NCBI GenBank assembly: GCA_052279835.1
Contig: CP181291.1
Coordinates: forward strand, 2,016,001 to 2,080,000
Source of the DNA: Microcoleus sp.
GTDB taxonomy: Bacteria > Cyanobacteriota > Cyanobacteriia > Cyanobacteriales > Microcoleaceae
Reading direction: 5' to 3'
DNA length: 64,000 nucleotides
Below are positions 60,292 to 64,000 of this stretch, piece after piece. Both the position numbers and the translations under genes were made by a program. How positions within the stretch are numbered: position 1 is the stretch's first letter; each line of letters begins with the position of its first letter. The notes under the pieces were generated by a model. It worked only from the letters and a program-made list of their open reading frames with translations, was not told the origin of the DNA and did not search any database.

Positions 60292-60510
60292 CTACGCCAC
60301 CATCGCAATCAATTGTTTTTTAATAACTTCCAAGAGAGCAATTACTTGCTCCCTAGTTACAGTGGGAAATCCATCTAAAAAATCATCAATTGACTCTCCG
60401 GCTTCTAAATAGTCAAAAAGTGTTTGGACAGGAACCCTAGTACCAATAAAAACAGGTGTTCCGCCCATGATTTCACCAGAAATGCTAATTATATGAAAAT
60501 TATGAGACAT
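60292..60510 (-). CDS. DUF433 protein (orphan antitoxin)
   Basis: IMGGTPVFIGTRVPVQTLFDYLEAG.SIDDFLDGFPTV. Confidence 0.88.
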   Translation of the reverse strand: MSHNFHIISISGEIMGGTPVFIGTRVPVQTLFDYLEAGESIDDFLDGFPTVTREQVIALLEVIKKQLIAMVA

Positions 60511-60597
60511 AAGCCTAAGTAGTTGTAGGGTGTGAATCCTGCGATAAATTCCTAACTCAATACCAAGAATCTCAGGGCCACGCACCTGATGGATATA

Positions 60598-61425
60598 TTA
60601 CAAACCTTTGGACTGTTCCGACATCTGCCGCATTCCCACAGCCAACACGCTCAAAAACAATAGCCCGATCGCACCAGCTAGCGGATTGCCGTTAACTCCC
60701 GTCACCCAATCCGGTGCAGAACCCGAATATCGCACTAACTCTCCGACGTTAATTATATAATATCCCCAGACTATACCTGTGTGAAAGCCGATCGACAAAC
60801 CGAGTCGATTTTGGGTGATTCGTTTTCCCCCAACCAAGATCGAACCCAGCAGCAACAACCCCGGAAACTGCGGCCAACTCCGCAGCATGGCAACCACAGG
60901 TTTGATAAAATGGGATAGGGCAAATAAAATGCTATTCGCCCACAAAGATACTCGATCGCTGTAGTCCCGCTGCAACTCATCGAGCAACCAACCACGGAAT
61001 ACCAACTCCTCTGCAAAACCCACTCCTAAAGCACTTAATAGCCCTTCTGCGATGATTCTGGGCAAATTATCTGATTTTTGCCATGAGACAAAGCCGAGCA
61101 GTCCTTGCACCCCAAATAAGCTGAAAGTGAGCAAAAGCCCGATCGCCAATCCAATTAAAAACTCTAAACCGTTCTGTCTAGTATTGATCAAACCATAGCT
61201 TTTGATCACTTGGCTGTTTCCGTAAACCTTTTTTCCCCAGAGTCGCACCAAGAACAGAAACTCACTAAACAACAGCGCCATAGTTAGAATAGTGGCGAGG
61301 TTGCTGTCTTTAACTAATAAGTAAATTGGTGCTGCTAGGGGCAACCAGATGGATAATAAAGCTAACAGGAAAATGAGGATGCGCCCCAAAAATGGATAAC
61401 TGGCTATTTTAATTAATTTAGTCAT
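60598..61425 (-). CDS. CPBP/CAAX family intramembrane glutamic endopeptidase
   Basis: AEELVFRG, FALSH, IGFHTG motifs. Confidence 0.9.
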   Translation of the reverse strand: MTKLIKIASYPFLGRILIFLLALLSIWLPLAAPIYLLVKDSNLATILTMALLFSEFLFLVRLWGKKVYGNSQVIKSYGLINTRQNGLEFLIGLAIGLLLTFSLFGVQGLLGFVSWQKSDNLPRIIAEGLLSALGVGFAEELVFRGWLLDELQRDYSDRVSLWANSILFALSHFIKPVVAMLRSWPQFPGLLLLGSILVGGKRITQNRLGLSIGFHTGIVWGYYIINVGELVRYSGSAPDWVTGVNGNPLAGAIGLLFLSVLAVGMRQMSEQSKGL

Positions 61426-61454
61426 TAACCCTCAAATAACACGCGCTTTCCATC

Positions 61455-61597
61455 AGTCCGGCAGGGGTTTAAACCCCTACCTCATAGCTAAAGTCGGTTA
61501 AAACCGACTCAAGATTATAATAGAATATATTATCAATATTAGTCCTCTTTTAGAGGACTTTAGCTATGAGACAGGGGTTTTTAACCCCTGTCGGACT
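61455..61597. repeat. Nested inverted-repeat element (REP/MITE-like)
   Basis: AGTCCGGCAGGGGTT...CTCATAGCTAAAGTC pairs with GACTTTAGCTATGAG...AACCCCTGTCGGACT. Confidence 0.8.
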
Positions 61598-61744
61598 CTC
61601 GAACTCACAAACAAGACTGGTACTACATTTAAACTGAAAATTGAGATCTGTGAGCCATGCCCTACTGCTACTTACTGGACTCTGTACGAAGCAGGCACAG
61701 AAAGCTAGAATAGCATTGTAGTGGTTGAAACTTTAACTACACCG

Positions 61745-63138
61745 CCGGGAATTCCCCCGCTATAACTGTACCGAGTTTAGCGGTGGGATGAAAGGCGGGC
61801 CAACGTAGGTACGGAGTTGACCAAATCTTTCTGGATTGTCTTTACTGCCATCGGTGGTATGTAGTAGGATCTTGAGAGAAGGAGGTGATATTAGATGCTC
61901 CACAAAGCTGTACAAGTCCGCCTGTACCCGTCAAAAGACCAAGAAATACTACTAGCGCAGACTTTTGGATGTGCGCGGTGGTGGTGGAATTATGCCTTAA
62001 ATAAATCCATTGATGTCTATAAAGAGACAGGTAAAGGATTAGGACAAGTAGCACTCAATGCGCTATTACCCAAGCTCAAAAAAGCCGAAGATACGCTGTG
62101 GCTAGCCAATTGTTACAGTCAGGTTTTGCAGGCTACGACACTTAACTTGACCACAGCTTACAAGAACTTTTTTGAAAAACGTGCAGGTTTTCCCAAATTC
62201 AAATCTAAACATGGCAAGCAATCGATTCAGTATCCTCAGAATGTCAAGATTGTTGATGGTAATATTAAGCTGCCTGGGAATAGTGGAATAGTTAAAGCCA
62301 AAATACACAGAGCAGTGGAGGGGAAAATCAAGACTGTTACCGTTAGCAAAACACCATCAGGAAAATACCTGGCATCTATCCTGATTGAAAGAGAAGGGGA
62401 AAATCCTACTACTGTTTCAGAAGGCAATATCTATGGTATTGACTTGGGAATAAAGCACTTCGCAGTTGTCGCAGATGGCAAAAAGGTCTCTAAGTATGAT
62501 AATCCCAGACACCAGGCCAAGCATGAAAAGAATCTCAAACGCAAACAAAAAAAATTAGCACACAAACAAAAAGGAAGTAATTCAAGACAAAAGTATAGAA
62601 AAGTTGTTGCTAAAGTGTACGAACGAATTAGCAATTCTCGGCAAGATTTTCTACACAAACTTAGTCATAAGTTGGTCAGCGATAGCCAAGTTGTCATAAT
62701 AGAAAATCTTCATGTCAAAGGCATGGTTCGCAATCACAAGTTAGCCAAAGCAATATCTGATTGTGGATGGGGAACTTTTACTAACTTTCTCGCCTATAAG
62801 TTAGAACGAAAAGGCGCGAAATTAGTTGAGATAGAGCGATGGTTTCCCAGCTCTAAACTCTGTTCTAATTGTTTTTGTCAGGCAAGTGAAATGCCTTTAG
62901 ATGTGAGGGAATGGACTTGTCATCACTGTGGCACTCGTCACGACAGGGATGGAAACGCCGCCACAAATATTAGAGCAGAAGGACTCAGAATGCTAAAGAC
63001 GGATGGTTCAGCCGTTTCTGCTGTAGGAGGGGAGGTAAGACCTTCAGGGGGACGGAAGTCTGTCTTGAGGCACTCGCCTGTGATTACAGAAGCTCCCGCG
63101 TTGTGCGTGGTACTCCAGGTTAGCGGTGAGTAGTTCAC
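61745..63138 (+). mobile_element. IS200/IS605-superfamily element encoding only TnpB (IS1341-like)
   Basis: Related hairpins at both ends (CCGC..GTAC..TTAGCGGTG); right end GTTCAC; left boundary approximate. Confidence 0.7.
61895..63133 (+). CDS. tnpB: RNA-guided endonuclease TnpB
   Basis: RLYP...FGCARWWWN, RuvC-I GIDLG, RuvC-II IIENL, Zn finger CSNC/CHHC, RuvC-III DRDGNAA; AAGGAGG RBS. Confidence 0.95.
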   Translation: MLHKAVQVRLYPSKDQEILLAQTFGCARWWWNYALNKSIDVYKETGKGLGQVALNALLPKLKKAEDTLWLANCYSQVLQATTLNLTTAYKNFFEKRAGFPKFKSKHGKQSIQYPQNVKIVDGNIKLPGNSGIVKAKIHRAVEGKIKTVTVSKTPSGKYLASILIEREGENPTTVSEGNIYGIDLGIKHFAVVADGKKVSKYDNPRHQAKHEKNLKRKQKKLAHKQKGSNSRQKYRKVVAKVYERISNSRQDFLHKLSHKLVSDSQVVIIENLHVKGMVRNHKLAKAISDCGWGTFTNFLAYKLERKGAKLVEIERWFPSSKLCSNCFCQASEMPLDVREWTCHHCGTRHDRDGNAATNIRAEGLRMLKTDGSAVSAVGGEVRPSGGRKSVLRHSPVITEAPALCVVLQVSGE

Positions 63139-63167
63139 ATAAAACAAAGCTATCAAATCAGGGAACA

Positions 63168-64000
63168 ATGACTGAAGACTCCGATTTCTCCAATGTCGAT
63201 CGAGAATTAGATGACACAATTTTAAGCTTCGCAGATATTCAGGCAGAACTCAACCTCCGCCATGCTACAGATGCTCTGCGAGATATCGTAGACAATCTCG
63301 ACTTGACTCCCATCGAGCGAACTGGACTAGAGCCGGAAATTAGGGGGTTGGAGAAAATGCTCGATAAGCTAGAGCGCGCTTGTGTCCAAATCGCTGTGTT
63401 TGGAATGGTGGGGAGGGGTAAATCTTCGGTTTTGAACGCGCTTTTGGGTCAAAATGTGTTTGAAACAGGCCCGACTCACGGTGTGACTCGCACCACAACG
63501 ATTGGACAGTGGGATGTTGGTGATGGAGTTAATCAAAATTTGCCCGATGGCTTACGCCCCGCTACGCTACGACTTTCGCCGATTATTTACCGTTTGTCGC
63601 AAGTTGAATTAATCGATACTCCGGGAATAGATGAAGTTGATGGCGAAACTCGCGAACTTTTGGCTAGGCGCGTTGCTACACAAGCAGATTTGATTTTGTT
63701 TGTGGTAGCGGGCGACATTACGAAAGTGGAATATCAAGCGCTTTCGCAATTGCGAGAAGCCGGAAAACCGATGTTATTAGTATTTAATAAAATTGACCAA
63801 TATCCCGATGCAGACAGATTGGCAATTTATCACAAAATTCGGGACGATCGCGTGAAAGAATTGTTATCTCCTGATGAAATTGTGATGGCTGCTGCATCAC
63901 CTTTGACGGCGAATGCAGTGCGCCGTCCCGATGGCAGTATGGGTGTGAAAATGACTCGCGGTTTGCCGCAAGTTGAGGATTTAAAATTAAAGATTTTGGA
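63168..64000 (+). CDS. GTP-binding protein (HSR1/Era-like), 3' partial; absent from the ORF track
   Basis: G1 GMVGRGKS, G2 HGVT, G3 DTPG, G4 NKID; open to the window end. Confidence 0.88.
   Translation, partial: MTEDSDFSNVDRELDDTILSFADIQAELNLRHATDALRDIVDNLDLTPIERTGLEPEIRGLEKMLDKLERACVQIAVFGMVGRGKSSVLNALLGQNVFETGPTHGVTRTTTIGQWDVGDGVNQNLPDGLRPATLRLSPIIYRLSQVELIDTPGIDEVDGETRELLARRVATQADLILFVVAGDITKVEYQALSQLREAGKPMLLVFNKIDQYPDADRLAIYHKIRDDRVKELLSPDEIVMAAASPLTANAVRRPDGSMGVKMTRGLPQVEDLKLKIL

Noticed and set aside
58400..60300. Complete DGR cassette
   Set aside because: No reverse transcriptase, Avd or AAC-rich template repeat seen in the window; only a target-like VR

Overview
A 64-kb chromosomal segment of a filamentous cyanobacterium. 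The evidence is abundant HIP1 GCGATCGC sites, 7-bp STRR tracts, psbN/psbH and xisH/xisI; an Oscillatoriales (Microcoleus/Tychonema-like) origin is an inference. Housekeeping content: CyaC-type adenylate cyclase, two tandem desC-like desaturases, potABCD, a Gld-like ABC operon, ltaE, ilvA, an RRM protein, aroC, psbN-psbH-tatA-pth and a GTPase running off the right edge. Mobile DNA: an IS607 tnpA followed by a collapsed tnpB, an IS701 with a nonsense mutation, an IS630, a solo tnpB with intact catalytic motifs, and several MITE/REP families. A toxin-antitoxin-rich island (~33-42 kb) is built of small modules bracketed by direct repeats. Most notable: (i) a kinase/FGE-sulfatase (CLec) pseudogene whose 3' end has the codon signature of a diversity-generating-retroelement variable region, with no RT or template repeat in the window; (ii) a GNAT toxin paired with an apparently membrane-anchored antitoxin inside a repeat-bounded cassette; (iii) a MITE-bounded cointegrate-like insertion; (iv) two frameshifts with the identical context AGTTTCCG. 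I found no CRISPR array, rRNA or tRNA. All family assignments come from motif recognition by eye, not database searches.
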